From positions 4,224,001-4,288,000 of the forward strand of contig OZ240245.1 in NCBI GenBank assembly GCA_965198175.1: DNA of 64,000 nucleotides, read 5' to 3'. A program made the position numbers and the translations under genes. Of the stretch, positions 37,379-47,659 are shown piece after piece. Within the stretch, counting starts at the first letter, position 1; every line of letters begins with the position of its first letter. The notes below the pieces were generated by a model that saw only the letters and a program-made list of their open reading frames with translations, was not told the DNA's origin and made no database searches. The DNA is from Candidatus Poribacteria bacterium. GTDB taxonomy: Bacteria; Poribacteria; WGA-4E; PCPOR2b.

Positions 37379-38866
37379 ATGGCAAGGCGCTCTTATATTC
37401 TCTCAATCGATCAAGGCACAACGGGTTCGACAGTGTTACTTATCAATACATGTGGAGAAATTGTGGCGCGCAGTTATTGCGAATTTACCCAGCGATATCC
37501 CCGCCCCGGCTGGGTCGAACACGATGCCACGGAAATTTGGGAAGTGACTCATAAAGTCATAGCTGATCTAGTAAACGCCCACGGGGTTGCGCAGCAAATT
37601 GCGGCAATTGGTTTAGCGAATCAGCGTGAGACCACGGTAGTGTGGGAACGCAGTACGGGAAAACCAATCCACCCTGCGATCGTTTGGCAGTGTCGCCGCA
37701 CATCTGCGGTCTGCACGGATTTAAAGGCGCAAGGAATTGACGAGTCGGTACGTGCGAAAACCGGATTGGTGCTTGACCCATATTTTTCGGCGACGAAGAT
37801 CGCGTGGATTTTGGATAGCGTTAATGGCGCTCGCGATCGGGCTGAACAAGGTGAACTCGCTTTCGGTACAATTGATGCATGGCTGCTGTGGAATCTGACT
37901 GCGGGAGACATTCATGCAACAGACTACACGAACGCCTCCCGCACGATGTTGTTCAACATCGACACACTCACATGGGACGATGAGTTGTTAACTGTATTTC
38001 GCGTACCAGAGTGCGTCTTACCCAAAGTGCAGCCCTCTGCGAGTGTTTTTGGTAAAACGAAAAATATCGACCCTTTACCGAGTGGCATCCCGATTTCCGG
38101 AATTGTTGGAGATCAGCAAGCAGCCCTATTTGGGCAACTCTGCACGCAGCCTCAAATGGCGAAAAACACTTACGGCACCGGCTGTTTCTTAATGCTTAAC
38201 ACCGGCGAGAGACGTGTCTATTCAAAGTCGGGATTGTTGACGACCTTGGCGTGCGGTATTGATGAAAAACCGGTTTATGCGCTTGAAGGCAGCGTGTTTA
38301 GCGCCGGAGCCGCCGTCCAGTGGCTTAGGGATGGTCTGCAAATCATCAAATCCGCCTCAGAAACTGAAGCAATTGCCGCCAGTGTTGCGGATTCAGGCGG
38401 TGTTTTCGTCGTCCCCGCCTTTACCGGACTTGGCGCACCGTACTGGGACGCGAACGCACAGGGGGCGATTCTCGGTTTGACACGCGGCACGACCCGTGCC
38501 CACATCGTCAGGGCGACATTAGAAGCAATTGCGTTTCAAACAGCTGATGTTGTCACAGCGATGATTGCCGACGCAGGAATTGAATTGGACCGACTGCGCG
38601 TCGACGGTGGAGCCGTTGTAAACAACTTCCTGATGCAGATTCAGGCAGACGTATTGGGAATTGATGTCGAGCGTCCAACCCAAACTGAAACAACAGGACT
38701 TGGGGCTGGTTACTGCGCAGGGCTTACCGTCGGCGTATGGCAAAGTGTTAAGAACTTGGAATCGCACCGCAAAATCGACACAGTGTTTTCCCCTCAAATC
38801 CTCGCCAGTCAAAGATTGGAAAAGCTGAAAGGCTGGAGGACTGCCGTAAGAAAGGTGATGAGTTAG
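37379..38866 (+). CDS. glpK: Glycerol kinase
   Basis: IDQGTTGS, PGWVEHDA, NQRETT, IVWQCRR, YFSATK, TDYTNASRT, GDQQAALFG, KNTYGTG, PAFTGLGAPYWD. Confidence 0.96.
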   Translation: MARRSYILSIDQGTTGSTVLLINTCGEIVARSYCEFTQRYPRPGWVEHDATEIWEVTHKVIADLVNAHGVAQQIAAIGLANQRETTVVWERSTGKPIHPAIVWQCRRTSAVCTDLKAQGIDESVRAKTGLVLDPYFSATKIAWILDSVNGARDRAEQGELAFGTIDAWLLWNLTAGDIHATDYTNASRTMLFNIDTLTWDDELLTVFRVPECVLPKVQPSASVFGKTKNIDPLPSGIPISGIVGDQQAALFGQLCTQPQMAKNTYGTGCFLMLNTGERRVYSKSGLLTTLACGIDEKPVYALEGSVFSAGAAVQWLRDGLQIIKSASETEAIAASVADSGGVFVVPAFTGLGAPYWDANAQGAILGLTRGTTRAHIVRATLEAIAFQTADVVTAMIADAGIELDRLRVDGGAVVNNFLMQIQADVLGIDVERPTQTETTGLGAGYCAGLTVGVWQSVKNLESHRKIDTVFSPQILASQRLEKLKGWRTAVRKVMS

Positions 38867-38867
38867 C

Positions 38868-40604
38868 ATGCGTTTGCAGTGGAAGTATGCACTGATTGTC
38901 AACCTCTCTGTCTTGGCAATTTTAGTAACTTTTTACTGGTACGATGATATAAATGCGCGAAGGGAGTTAAATGCGCTGCACGCTGGGGGGGTAAAAAGAG
39001 GGGCGAAATTTAAAGAAATCGCGGAGAAAACAGTACGTCCTCGTATCGAAGCTGAAATTGAACGGTGGCAAGAATTTAAGCCAAAGGAAATCGAATACGC
39101 GCTTCGGACGTTGGACCAGCGGCACATGGATGACATTTTAGATATTCACGTCACAGTCGGCGATTCTCGGATTCAGGCAAGCCGCGATGAAAGTATGAAC
39201 ATCGAACGTCATATTAACTTGAACACACAAGACCGTCTTGCAATCGAACAGGACGGTGTAACAGTGTATGATACACCTCCGATCGGCGGCAACAAATATG
39301 CGACAGCTGTAATCATTCCCTACGAGGTAGAGCTTTATGCCCAACCAGATTTGTCACAGCCAGCTCGTGTTGGATTGCGCCACCAAACCGATTTGGACAA
39401 CGAGAACATTTCAGAATCGCTAAGACAAGAGCTTAACAACGAAGGGCTTGTACTATCCCAGCATGTTAATGTGGCAAGTACGGAGAAGGGAGAACGTTGG
39501 CTAATCACTGACAGGGTTAACGACCAGAGATATATCGTATGGAAAGATGAAGATCAGCTCAGTTTCCACACAGACAAAGTCATTCAGTCAGAACCGATAA
39601 AAGGATATATCCAGATCCTTTTTGAGGTGCCCGACATTGCCAGATTAATCAATAAATCGCGTCAGATGCATCTCTTATCGGTCATTATCGTTAGTGTATT
39701 ACTTGTAATCATTATTGACATGACAACAACTCGTCTTATCGTCCGCCCACTTGAACGTATGATGGAGATCATAAAACGTGCAGAAGCCGGGAATTTGGAA
39801 TCCCTACCGGAATCATACTCATCGGGTGAAATCAGTCGCATTACCGCTACCCTCGTGCGAATGCTACGGCAACTACAACAGACACAATCGAAGCGAATCG
39901 CGGCGCTGGGCCAGCTTGCGGCGGGAGTTGCTCACGAAATCCGGAATCCGCTCAATACTATCGGGATGACCGCTCAACACTTGAAGGAACTCTTCTCGCA
40001 AAAGGAGATTAAATCGCAAGACATTGAGGAAACGAGAGAGTTTTTGAATATCGTCGATTATGAAATCGAACAGTTGAGGCACATCTCCGAGCAGTTCTTG
40101 ACACTGAACCGTCCCAAGCAACTTAATCTTGAGCCAACTCACCTCAATGAACTTCTGGATCGGGTGCTGGCAGAATTTACACTTACGATGGAGAATGCCA
40201 ATGTTCAAGTTGTCAGAAATTATGAAAACCTCCCCCATCTTAAACTCGATGCAGGGCTGATTCGGCAAGCAACTTTTAATTTTGTTCGGAATAGTATTCA
40301 AGCCATGCCTAAAGGTGGCAGCATTTACATCACGACGGAACTAGAGAAGACAATCGGCGACGCAAGACAGGTCGCACTGGAGATTCGTGACACAGGCATT
40401 GGCATTCCGGATGAGATTCAAGAACGCATCTTCGACGCCTATTTTACAACGAAAGAAAAAGAAGGTGGCATGGGGCTGGGTCTTGCAATTTCACATCAGA
40501 TCATTAAGGCGCATCAAGGAGAGGTTGAATTCAAGAGTCAGGTTGGTATGGGGACTGCATTCAAGATTACTTTTCCTCTGGCCACGGATGATGTCGGAGA
40601 TTGA
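38868..40604 (+). CDS. Membrane sensor histidine kinase (NtrB-like, HAMP-HisKA-HATPase)
   Basis: Two TM segments; LGQLAAGVAHEIRNPL; NFVRNSIQA; DTGIGI; FTTK..GMGLGL. Confidence 0.93.
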   Translation: MRLQWKYALIVNLSVLAILVTFYWYDDINARRELNALHAGGVKRGAKFKEIAEKTVRPRIEAEIERWQEFKPKEIEYALRTLDQRHMDDILDIHVTVGDSRIQASRDESMNIERHINLNTQDRLAIEQDGVTVYDTPPIGGNKYATAVIIPYEVELYAQPDLSQPARVGLRHQTDLDNENISESLRQELNNEGLVLSQHVNVASTEKGERWLITDRVNDQRYIVWKDEDQLSFHTDKVIQSEPIKGYIQILFEVPDIARLINKSRQMHLLSVIIVSVLLVIIIDMTTTRLIVRPLERMMEIIKRAEAGNLESLPESYSSGEISRITATLVRMLRQLQQTQSKRIAALGQLAAGVAHEIRNPLNTIGMTAQHLKELFSQKEIKSQDIEETREFLNIVDYEIEQLRHISEQFLTLNRPKQLNLEPTHLNELLDRVLAEFTLTMENANVQVVRNYENLPHLKLDAGLIRQATFNFVRNSIQAMPKGGSIYITTELEKTIGDARQVALEIRDTGIGIPDEIQERIFDAYFTTKEKEGGMGLGLAISHQIIKAHQGEVEFKSQVGMGTAFKITFPLATDDVGD

Positions 40605-40628
40605 CAATTCGATATGGGGGGAGTCTAT

Positions 40629-42026
40629 ATGCCATCAATACTAGTTGTTGAGGATGAAACGGGACAGCGAACGGTTTTACGGCGCATATTGGAACGAGAG
40701 GGCTATGAGGTGGCGTTAGCTGAGAACGGTCTTATAGCGCTTGAGAAGATTGAAGAGACGATGTTTGATCTTGTCATCAGTGACATGCGAATGCCCGAAA
40801 TGACAGGACGTGACCTGCTGCGTGAAATTAAGCAGAGGGATCCAGATCTACCGGTGCTCATCGTGACAGCTTTCGCCGAGTTAAAGGATGCTGTCGATTT
40901 GGTAGCACGTGAAGGCGCGTTCTATTATCTTCAAAAACCTATCAATAACGATGTACTCAAAGCACAGATTAAACGCGCGTTAGAGGCGCGAGGTGCGCTT
41001 ACGGATGGTGAACCAAAGCAACTGGATCAGACTGCACCAGAGATTTACTTCGATCGTATTATCGGTCAGAGCGAGCGAATGTTTCAGTTGTTTAAATCCA
41101 TGTCCCGGATTATTCATCGAGGAGTGAATCAGGTTCTTATCACAGGGGAGACAGGCACCGGGAAAGATTTAGTTGCAAGAGGCATTCACGAAAAAGGCAA
41201 GCGCAAGGATCAACCATTCGTCGCGATCAACTGTAGCACGGTGCCCCACGAGTTGATTGAAAGCGAACTTTTTGGCCATGAGAAAGGCTCCTTTACAGGA
41301 GCGGACCGTCAGAAAAAAGGGTTGTTCGAAGTTGCTAATGGAGGCGTCATCTTCCTTGATGAAATTGGGGATATCTCTATGACCGCGCAGAGTAAGTTTC
41401 TGCGTGTTCTGCAGGACCGCGAAATCATGCGAGTTGGGGGCATAGAACCAATTAAAGTCGATGTATGTGTCATAGCCGCAACCAATAAAGATCTAAAAGC
41501 TGTGGTCGAAGCGGGCGCATTCCGTGAAGATCTCTATTTCCGATTAAACGTCATTCAGCTTCAGATTCCGTCGCTGCGTGAACGGAAGACCGACATCCCG
41601 ATTCTAATCGATTTCTTTCTCCAAAAATTCAGCGAAGAATATCCGGATGCTAAGCCGAAGCGTGTGACGCCAAGGGCGATGTCTGCGCTTCGCCGGTACG
41701 AATGGCCGGGGAATGTCCGACAGTTAGAAAATTGTCTGCTAAGGACGTTTGTGCTTCGCGAAGGGGATGTAATCAATATTGAGGATTTGCCTCTCGAAAT
41801 CTCGGATAGTTCGCTACCCCCATCCAATATACGCGTTGAAATCCAAGAGGACGGGATTTCGCTTGAGGAGATTGTGATGGAATACATTCGCGCTGCTCTA
41901 AGGCAAAGCCGCGGCAATGTAACCAAAGCCGCAGAACTATTGGGAATCTCCCGGCGCCAACTGCAAAATCGCATGCAGAACCACGGATTGAATAGCCAAG
42001 ACTTCAAGAATAAAAATCCGTCATGA
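40629..42026 (+). CDS. Sigma-54-dependent response regulator (NtrC family)
   Basis: Receiver VVEDE..SDMRMP; GETGTGKD; ESELFGHEKGSFTGA; FLDEIG; FREDLYFRLNV; WPGNVRQL; Fis-type HTH. Confidence 0.95.
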   Translation: MPSILVVEDETGQRTVLRRILEREGYEVALAENGLIALEKIEETMFDLVISDMRMPEMTGRDLLREIKQRDPDLPVLIVTAFAELKDAVDLVAREGAFYYLQKPINNDVLKAQIKRALEARGALTDGEPKQLDQTAPEIYFDRIIGQSERMFQLFKSMSRIIHRGVNQVLITGETGTGKDLVARGIHEKGKRKDQPFVAINCSTVPHELIESELFGHEKGSFTGADRQKKGLFEVANGGVIFLDEIGDISMTAQSKFLRVLQDREIMRVGGIEPIKVDVCVIAATNKDLKAVVEAGAFREDLYFRLNVIQLQIPSLRERKTDIPILIDFFLQKFSEEYPDAKPKRVTPRAMSALRRYEWPGNVRQLENCLLRTFVLREGDVINIEDLPLEISDSSLPPSNIRVEIQEDGISLEEIVMEYIRAALRQSRGNVTKAAELLGISRRQLQNRMQNHGLNSQDFKNKNPS

Positions 42027-42185
42027 GCACTGTGGAAAGCAAGTAGGTCGAAGACGCCGTCAGATTGTTTTCTTTTTGCGATCGAAATTCATCGTAAATC
42101 TTAACTATAAATTACTGCTGCCATCAAGAAAATAACCGATTGCGCTTTCAAAACTTTAGCCCATTGTGAAAATGAGGAAGTTAAC

Positions 42186-43373
42186 ATGGCACAACAACCA
42201 GTTATCAGTTACTTCTTACCTCCACGAATCGAGTTTGGTACTGGCGCAATCGGAAACTTAGGAGATCGCGTTGAATCATTTGATGGGAAAAAGCCGCTCA
42301 TCGCAACGGATGCGGGCGTTATAAGGGCGGGTATTCTATCCAAAGCCATCGAATCATTAGAGAGCACACAAATCAAATATGCCGTTTTCGACGAAATCGA
42401 GCCGAACCCAACGGATCTCATAGCGCTCAAAGGACTGGAATTATACCGCGCGGAAGCGTGTGATTTAGTAATTGCCATCGGTGGGGGAAGTGTGATGGAT
42501 GCAGCAAAGGCAATTCGGCTGCTCTCAACGCACGAACCACCGCTAGAACGCTACTTTCTCGATGGGGGCGGCATTGAACGTATTACCCCCAATCTTCCAC
42601 CGCTAATTTCGGTGCCGACAACCGCGGGAACCGGCAGTGAGGTGTCACAAGCCGCAATCGTAACAGATACTACGCTTCTCACGACGGATAGGTGGCGCAA
42701 GCGGGCGGTTGTCTCGCCACACATGATGTCCTCGCTCGCACTGCTAGATGCGGAATTGACGCTCGGTATGCCGCCTGCCTTGACCGCTGCAACAGGTATG
42801 GACGCTGTAACACACGGCATAGAGGCTTACGTTGCGACCCGGTATCACCCCATCTCAGAGGGGGTTGCCCTACAAACCTTGAGGATGCTCAGCAGGAGCA
42901 TCCGTCGCGCCTATCATCACGGCGACGATATCGAGGCGCGCGGCGAGATGTTACTTGCCGCTGCAATGGCAGCATTCTCTTTCCAGAAAGGCCTCGGCGC
43001 AGTTCACTCCCTCGCCCATCAACTTTCGTCGAAGGAAGCAAATATTCCACACGGTGTTGCGAATGCAATCTTGCTACCCCATGTTATGGCGTTTAATTTA
43101 CCTTATGCTGTTGATCGCTATGCGGAGGTTGCTGCTGCGTTAGGCGTGGCGATGTCAGGCGTGTCAAAGGAAGAGATGGCTCATGCGGCAATTGCAGAAG
43201 TCCATTCGTTGAACAGAGAGCTTGGAATGCCCACCGGATTGGGGAATGCGGGCTTGAAGCAGGAACATATTCCGAAACTAGCGAAGGACGCCATGCTCGA
43301 TCACTGCTACAAGTTTAACCCTCGCCTTTGCAATGAGGCGGACATGCAACATTTGTATGAGGCCGCGTTCTAG
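42186..43373 (+). CDS. Iron-containing alcohol dehydrogenase
   Basis: IGGGSVMDAAK, PTTAGTGSE, GMDAVTHGIEAY, HSLAH, PHGVANA. Confidence 0.93.
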   Translation: MAQQPVISYFLPPRIEFGTGAIGNLGDRVESFDGKKPLIATDAGVIRAGILSKAIESLESTQIKYAVFDEIEPNPTDLIALKGLELYRAEACDLVIAIGGGSVMDAAKAIRLLSTHEPPLERYFLDGGGIERITPNLPPLISVPTTAGTGSEVSQAAIVTDTTLLTTDRWRKRAVVSPHMMSSLALLDAELTLGMPPALTAATGMDAVTHGIEAYVATRYHPISEGVALQTLRMLSRSIRRAYHHGDDIEARGEMLLAAAMAAFSFQKGLGAVHSLAHQLSSKEANIPHGVANAILLPHVMAFNLPYAVDRYAEVAAALGVAMSGVSKEEMAHAAIAEVHSLNRELGMPTGLGNAGLKQEHIPKLAKDAMLDHCYKFNPRLCNEADMQHLYEAAF

Positions 43374-43406
43374 AATCTATCTGTCCATCACCTACCAATC
43401 ATTCTC

Positions 43407-44330
43407 CTACCTCCCATCTGACGACACAAGAACCGTTAGCCCACGTTCGACAACTTCAATTGTTGCAGGCGTGTAACAGACCCGCTCTCCGTCAGCAAAA
43501 AGAAGGATGGGGGGCTCTGCATGGATAGTTAACGATTTGGTTCGGTGTATTCTCACAGCGCGGTGAGATGTATGCCCGCCCCAAAATAGCGAGATCATCA
43601 TACACAGCACGGTTCGACGCGGAACCGGTTTGATGATACAAACATCAAGAAGTCCATCATCCAGAACCGCGTCCGGTAAAATCTTCAGTCCACCACCATA
43701 GTGGCACGTAATCCCTGTTGCAGTGAGCAGGATGCCCCCGTCGTATACGCCGAAGTCGCCCTCAACCCGAGCGCTAGGCGACTCATAACTGAAAAGCGTT
43801 GTTATTGCGGTATAGACATAAGACATGGTTCCCGAGAAAGGGGCCCCCTCCACCGCAACGCGCCGGTTCACTTCCGAATCATAGCCGCATGTTACAATGG
43901 TGTCGAAATAACGGCCTCCGATTTTCCCGATATCAATTTGGCGAGTCACACCGTTTAACAGGACCTCCACTGCGGGAGCGAGTGCTTTTGGAATCCTTAA
44001 CGCCCCTGCGAGATCGTTTCCCTTACCGCACGGAAGCATCCCCAATACAACATCAGGCTTTTCCGCAATTGCGTTGACAATTTCATGTATCGTCCCATCA
44101 CCTCCACATGCGATAATCCACCGCTGACCATTCTGGATGGCTTCCCGTGCAAAACGATTCGCGTCACCCGGCTGGGTTGTCAACTCGATTGCACCTTTTA
44201 TCCCTTGAGCCGTGAGTTGGCGATAGGCTTTCTCGGCAATTACGGCTGCCTTACCTTTTCCGGCAACCGGGTTAGCGATGAGCGTAAAGTCCCAACGGGT
44301 ATGGTGTCCAATTGGAGTTTGCATGGCCAT
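43407..44330 (-). CDS. Diacylglycerol-kinase-family lipid kinase (YegS/DagK-like)
   Basis: NPVAGKG, GGDGTIHEIVN, PCGKGNDLA, YGGG..I.P.A..DDG.LD, DGE. Confidence 0.9.
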   Translation of the reverse strand: MAMQTPIGHHTRWDFTLIANPVAGKGKAAVIAEKAYRQLTAQGIKGAIELTTQPGDANRFAREAIQNGQRWIIACGGDGTIHEIVNAIAEKPDVVLGMLPCGKGNDLAGALRIPKALAPAVEVLLNGVTRQIDIGKIGGRYFDTIVTCGYDSEVNRRVAVEGAPFSGTMSYVYTAITTLFSYESPSARVEGDFGVYDGGILLTATGITCHYGGGLKILPDAVLDDGLLDVCIIKPVPRRTVLCMMISLFWGGHTSHRAVRIHRTKSLTIHAEPPILLFADGERVCYTPATIEVVERGLTVLVSSDGR

Positions 44331-44502
44331 GTTTTCCCTATCCTAAGCCCATCGTGAGGCATAACGTATGATAAAAATGGTGTGAAGCGGTCGCAATGCG
44401 TATGCTTTCTGTCTAAAAAGGTTGACCATTCTGCCATTCCTCCATCTGTTGCCATCCGTTTCCCGATGAGGCGATTCGCGCGTACTTTGATGCGTTAGCC
44501 AA

Positions 44503-45198
44503 TTAATTATCGCGGATTTCTTCAAGCCGGACAATCAGTTTGCCGAGTTGAAGGCGTAACAATAACGAATAAATCTGCACAAGCAAAACGACCTGCGCCT
44601 CAACCGTGAGCGTACTCTTCTGAATCAAGCGCGTGAAGTCATCAGCGCGTTGACGAATCTGATGTGTCCGCTCCAAGTCTATCTCCTCCGTGTTGTCCGC
44701 ACCTTCTTTGACAAATTGCCAGATTCGATCTTGAATCTCAAGCATATAGTTTTGGGTCATCGCTCGTCGCGCCCGTTTGGCGGAATCAATCCAAAGCGTG
44801 TTCGATTTCCAGTTTAGCATGAATGCAATGCCGTTAATGATTACATCGCGTAGTGTATCTTCTCCTGAGATTAGTTCTTCGAGATTGACCAGTCCTTCGG
44901 CTTCGGCAGAGAGAGTGCGCACCTTCGAATAATCTCTGAGATTCATCAGGGTAACTCTGTTTTCGGCAAGCAGGTTCCAAAATCCCGAACTTGTTGTAAG
45001 CATCGACTCGACATGTGCGTCCAAATCTGTCGGCTGTCCGGATCTCATGAAATAATGGTGAAGGGCGTGCAGTTGGCTACGGAGTTCCCAGAGATTTTCA
45101 GTGGTCTGTCTTTCTGCCGGTTTGGCAACGTGATGGAGGATATGCTGGCGAATGTAGTCAATAATATCATCTGCGGCGCGTTGGGCATTCATCGACAT
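44503..45198 (-). CDS. Hypothetical helical protein
   Basis: 231-aa ORF with SD AAAGG and upstream promoter TTGACA-N17-TACTAT (45268-45240); no recognised motif. Confidence 0.7.
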   Translation of the reverse strand: MSMNAQRAADDIIDYIRQHILHHVAKPAERQTTENLWELRSQLHALHHYFMRSGQPTDLDAHVESMLTTSSGFWNLLAENRVTLMNLRDYSKVRTLSAEAEGLVNLEELISGEDTLRDVIINGIAFMLNWKSNTLWIDSAKRARRAMTQNYMLEIQDRIWQFVKEGADNTEEIDLERTHQIRQRADDFTRLIQKSTLTVEAQVVLLVQIYSLLLRLQLGKLIVRLEEIRDN

Positions 45199-45432
45199 GC
45201 TGCCTTTTGTGAGTCTAATCTGACTGGGTTGACCGTTAGATAGTAGCAGATTTTCGAATGAGTGTCAATATTTAAGAAGTTGAGAAACCGATTTGAACGC
45301 CCAGAAGTAAGACGCTAGCGATTCAAGATACATGAAAATAATGTTTCGAGAAGATTCCAGTTTCACTAGGGATACAGATTCTCAATGAACGAAAACTCCC
45401 AACTTATATCCTTCAAAACGCAAAGGAAATGC

Positions 45433-45461
45433 TTGACAAAGTTCTCGATATGCTTTATACT
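45433..45461 (+). promoter_or_regulatory. Sigma-70-type promoter (divergent partner at 45240-45268 on the - strand)
   Basis: TTGACA-N17-TATACT. Confidence 0.7.
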
Positions 45462-45617
45462 CTTGTATCATAACACAATATGTAGTTGTTTAGATTGTAA
45501 TGCCCCAACATATAGTGTATACTACTTTGGCATCATCCATATATTCCGTTCCGCTGGCATAACTAACACAATATGCGGGCATTAAGCAGAAACTAGCGAT
45601 AGATTCCGCAAACTAAC

Positions 45618-46877
45618 ATGGCTTCACTCGACTCCAATCCCGCGGCAGGTTATCTAATGGGGAAAACAGCATCTTTGGTTATTGTCTTGTGGTTTTGTTT
45701 TCAGATTCTCATTCCTCAAGTTTGCCCTGCCCAAGTGAAGCCTACTTCTCCAACGGGTGCTCCCACAGAAGATGACACTGTTGCAAAAGCAACACTATCA
45801 GAGCCGTTAGAACCCGAAGCGAAAATAGGCGCCCGGAGTCGAGTTGTGCGGTTTGGCGATTTCAATCTCGGTACAACGGAAACTGTTGAGAGTATTATTT
45901 TAGTCGGTGGTACGGCAAGGATTCGAGGACGAGTGAATGGTAACGTGTTCGTTTTAAGCGGGGATGTTGAAATACAAGATCGGGCGTTACTGTTCAGTGT
46001 GGGGCCTCAGTTTAGGGAGAATTTAGAACACGGGATTATCCTTGCGAATTTTCGACAGGCGTTTAAAAACAACGGCTTTTCGCTCTCTGATAATGTCACT
46101 GTCTCAGTTGCAGACAAACGCAGCAAATGGATGATAAATGATGAAGATAATTTGAAGAAGTACATTATCAGAAATGCCGCGGGTAGGCTAGACATTTACG
46201 ATCACGCGCAGATTTTGGGGAAGGTGACGGTAGTTTTCGGCAAAATCTTCGGAAAGATAGAAACCGATCGGACAGCAGAGATCTATCAAGAAATCAATAG
46301 TTGGAGAGATGTCCCGGCAGCTATCAAATTAATGATGCATCCGCAAGAACTGTGGTGGGAGACACCTAAACAGAAGCGGTTTTGGGGTGCACTTACATTT
46401 GTCACCCTGACGCTTATCCACGTGCTGATCGTTACTGTCTTCCCGCGGCAAATGGACAATATGGCATATGCAATTTCCCACCATCCAATTGGGAGCACGC
46501 TACTTGGGTTAATCTTGTTAATCATTGTTCCCTATCTCAGCATCATCTTAATCCTATCGATTATCGGTATTCCATTGATGCTGCTTTTTTTCTCCGTTTT
46601 GTTGCCGATGGCAATCTATGGCAAAACGGCAATTTTCCTTTCAATCGGCAAGACTATCTTTCCGAAGCGATCCAATGTTGTTTCTGTCATCGCCGGATAT
46701 GCGATCTATTGGATGGCGACTTGGATTCCACCTATCAAGCATCTTACTTTCATTATCGCCAGTGCCATCGGGATTGCTATCTGTCTCCGAACGGTGTTTG
46801 GGCAAAAATCAACCCAACTCCGTAAGGATCCTCCCCGGCCGCAATTTACCTCTCCCAATTTTCTACACAATCGATGA
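45618..46877 (+). CDS. Membrane protein with bactofilin-like beta-helical N-domain and multi-pass C-terminus
   Basis: VGGTARIRGRVNGNVFVLSGDVEI...AQILGKVTVVFG; C-terminal hydrophobic helices (LSIIGIPL). Confidence 0.7.
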   Translation: MASLDSNPAAGYLMGKTASLVIVLWFCFQILIPQVCPAQVKPTSPTGAPTEDDTVAKATLSEPLEPEAKIGARSRVVRFGDFNLGTTETVESIILVGGTARIRGRVNGNVFVLSGDVEIQDRALLFSVGPQFRENLEHGIILANFRQAFKNNGFSLSDNVTVSVADKRSKWMINDEDNLKKYIIRNAAGRLDIYDHAQILGKVTVVFGKIFGKIETDRTAEIYQEINSWRDVPAAIKLMMHPQELWWETPKQKRFWGALTFVTLTLIHVLIVTVFPRQMDNMAYAISHHPIGSTLLGLILLIIVPYLSIILILSIIGIPLMLLFFSVLLPMAIYGKTAIFLSIGKTIFPKRSNVVSVIAGYAIYWMATWIPPIKHLTFIIASAIGIAICLRTVFGQKSTQLRKDPPRPQFTSPNFLHNR

Positions 46878-46910
46878 TTATTCAGATTGCGTTTTTGAGT
46901 ATTTTGATTA

Positions 46911-47651
46911 TTAAGACGCTAGCACTGGCAATTGAGTTCCTACGGATGCAGTGTAGCGTTTGAAGGCTTCAGCATATTTTATTGTGCGTCCGCTCCACTG
47001 CGTTGCTTGGGCTCCCCGGTACTCCGCCCATTGCGTATACCGAGTGACCAACTTGGTCTGTGAACGGAGAGCGTGAAGTGCGGCGATTTTCGTCTCGAAG
47101 ACCTCTGTGATATCTACGTAGGTGTCCGGCGCAAAACCAGTGATGTCATCGCGCGGAACTGACGGTTCAAAACCAAAAAGATGAGGAAACGGATGAACCG
47201 TTTCGCTGTCATGGTCAAAGCCAGGGACACCAGCCATCGTTGCAGCGCGTATGACGGATGCCGTCGTCACTTCATGGTCCAAATTGTGAGGGTCTATCTT
47301 CCAGTGAGTCAAAATAATATCCGGACGACGCTGCCGAATAAGCCTCGCCATCGTTTCCAGACGCGCTCTATCGATTATCAGAGGATAGTCACCGTAATCC
47401 AAAAACGCAATGTTCGCCCCAAGGATAGCGGCGGCTTCTTCAGCCTCCTCCGCCCGTGCTTCCCTCGCCTTGGTCATCGATTTGGGGGGAGCTTGCCCCC
47501 AATAATCCTCGGATTCTCCACGCTCGCCGAAGGTCAGGTCGACTACGTGAACTTGTGCACCGTTACGGACGTAAAGCGCTATCGTTCCGCCGCTGCGTGA
47601 GCAGAAGTCGGCGGCATGCGCGCTGAAAACAAGGATGCTGAAATTACTCAT
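46911..47651 (-). CDS. PIG-L/LmbE-family protein, GalB (4-oxalomesaconate hydratase)-like
   Basis: SAHAADFCSRSGGTIAL, FGERGES, GDYPL, DPHNLDH, FEP, as in the GalB subfamily rather than the HPDD deacetylases. Confidence 0.75.
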   Translation of the reverse strand: MSNFSILVFSAHAADFCSRSGGTIALYVRNGAQVHVVDLTFGERGESEDYWGQAPPKSMTKAREARAEEAEEAAAILGANIAFLDYGDYPLIIDRARLETMARLIRQRRPDIILTHWKIDPHNLDHEVTTASVIRAATMAGVPGFDHDSETVHPFPHLFGFEPSVPRDDITGFAPDTYVDITEVFETKIAALHALRSQTKLVTRYTQWAEYRGAQATQWSGRTIKYAEAFKRYTASVGTQLPVLAS

Positions 47652-47659
47652 TGTTATTC

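Noticed and set aside
41285..41305. GSFTGA instead of GAFTGA in the sigma-54 activator
   Set aside because: A common variant among enhancer-binding proteins; not evidence of inactivity
44425..44460. Short CCATTCy-like repeats
   Set aside because: Too short and degenerate to support a feature
45385..45585. 66-aa ORF between divergent genes
   Set aside because: Overlaps a consensus promoter in AT-rich DNA; likely non-coding
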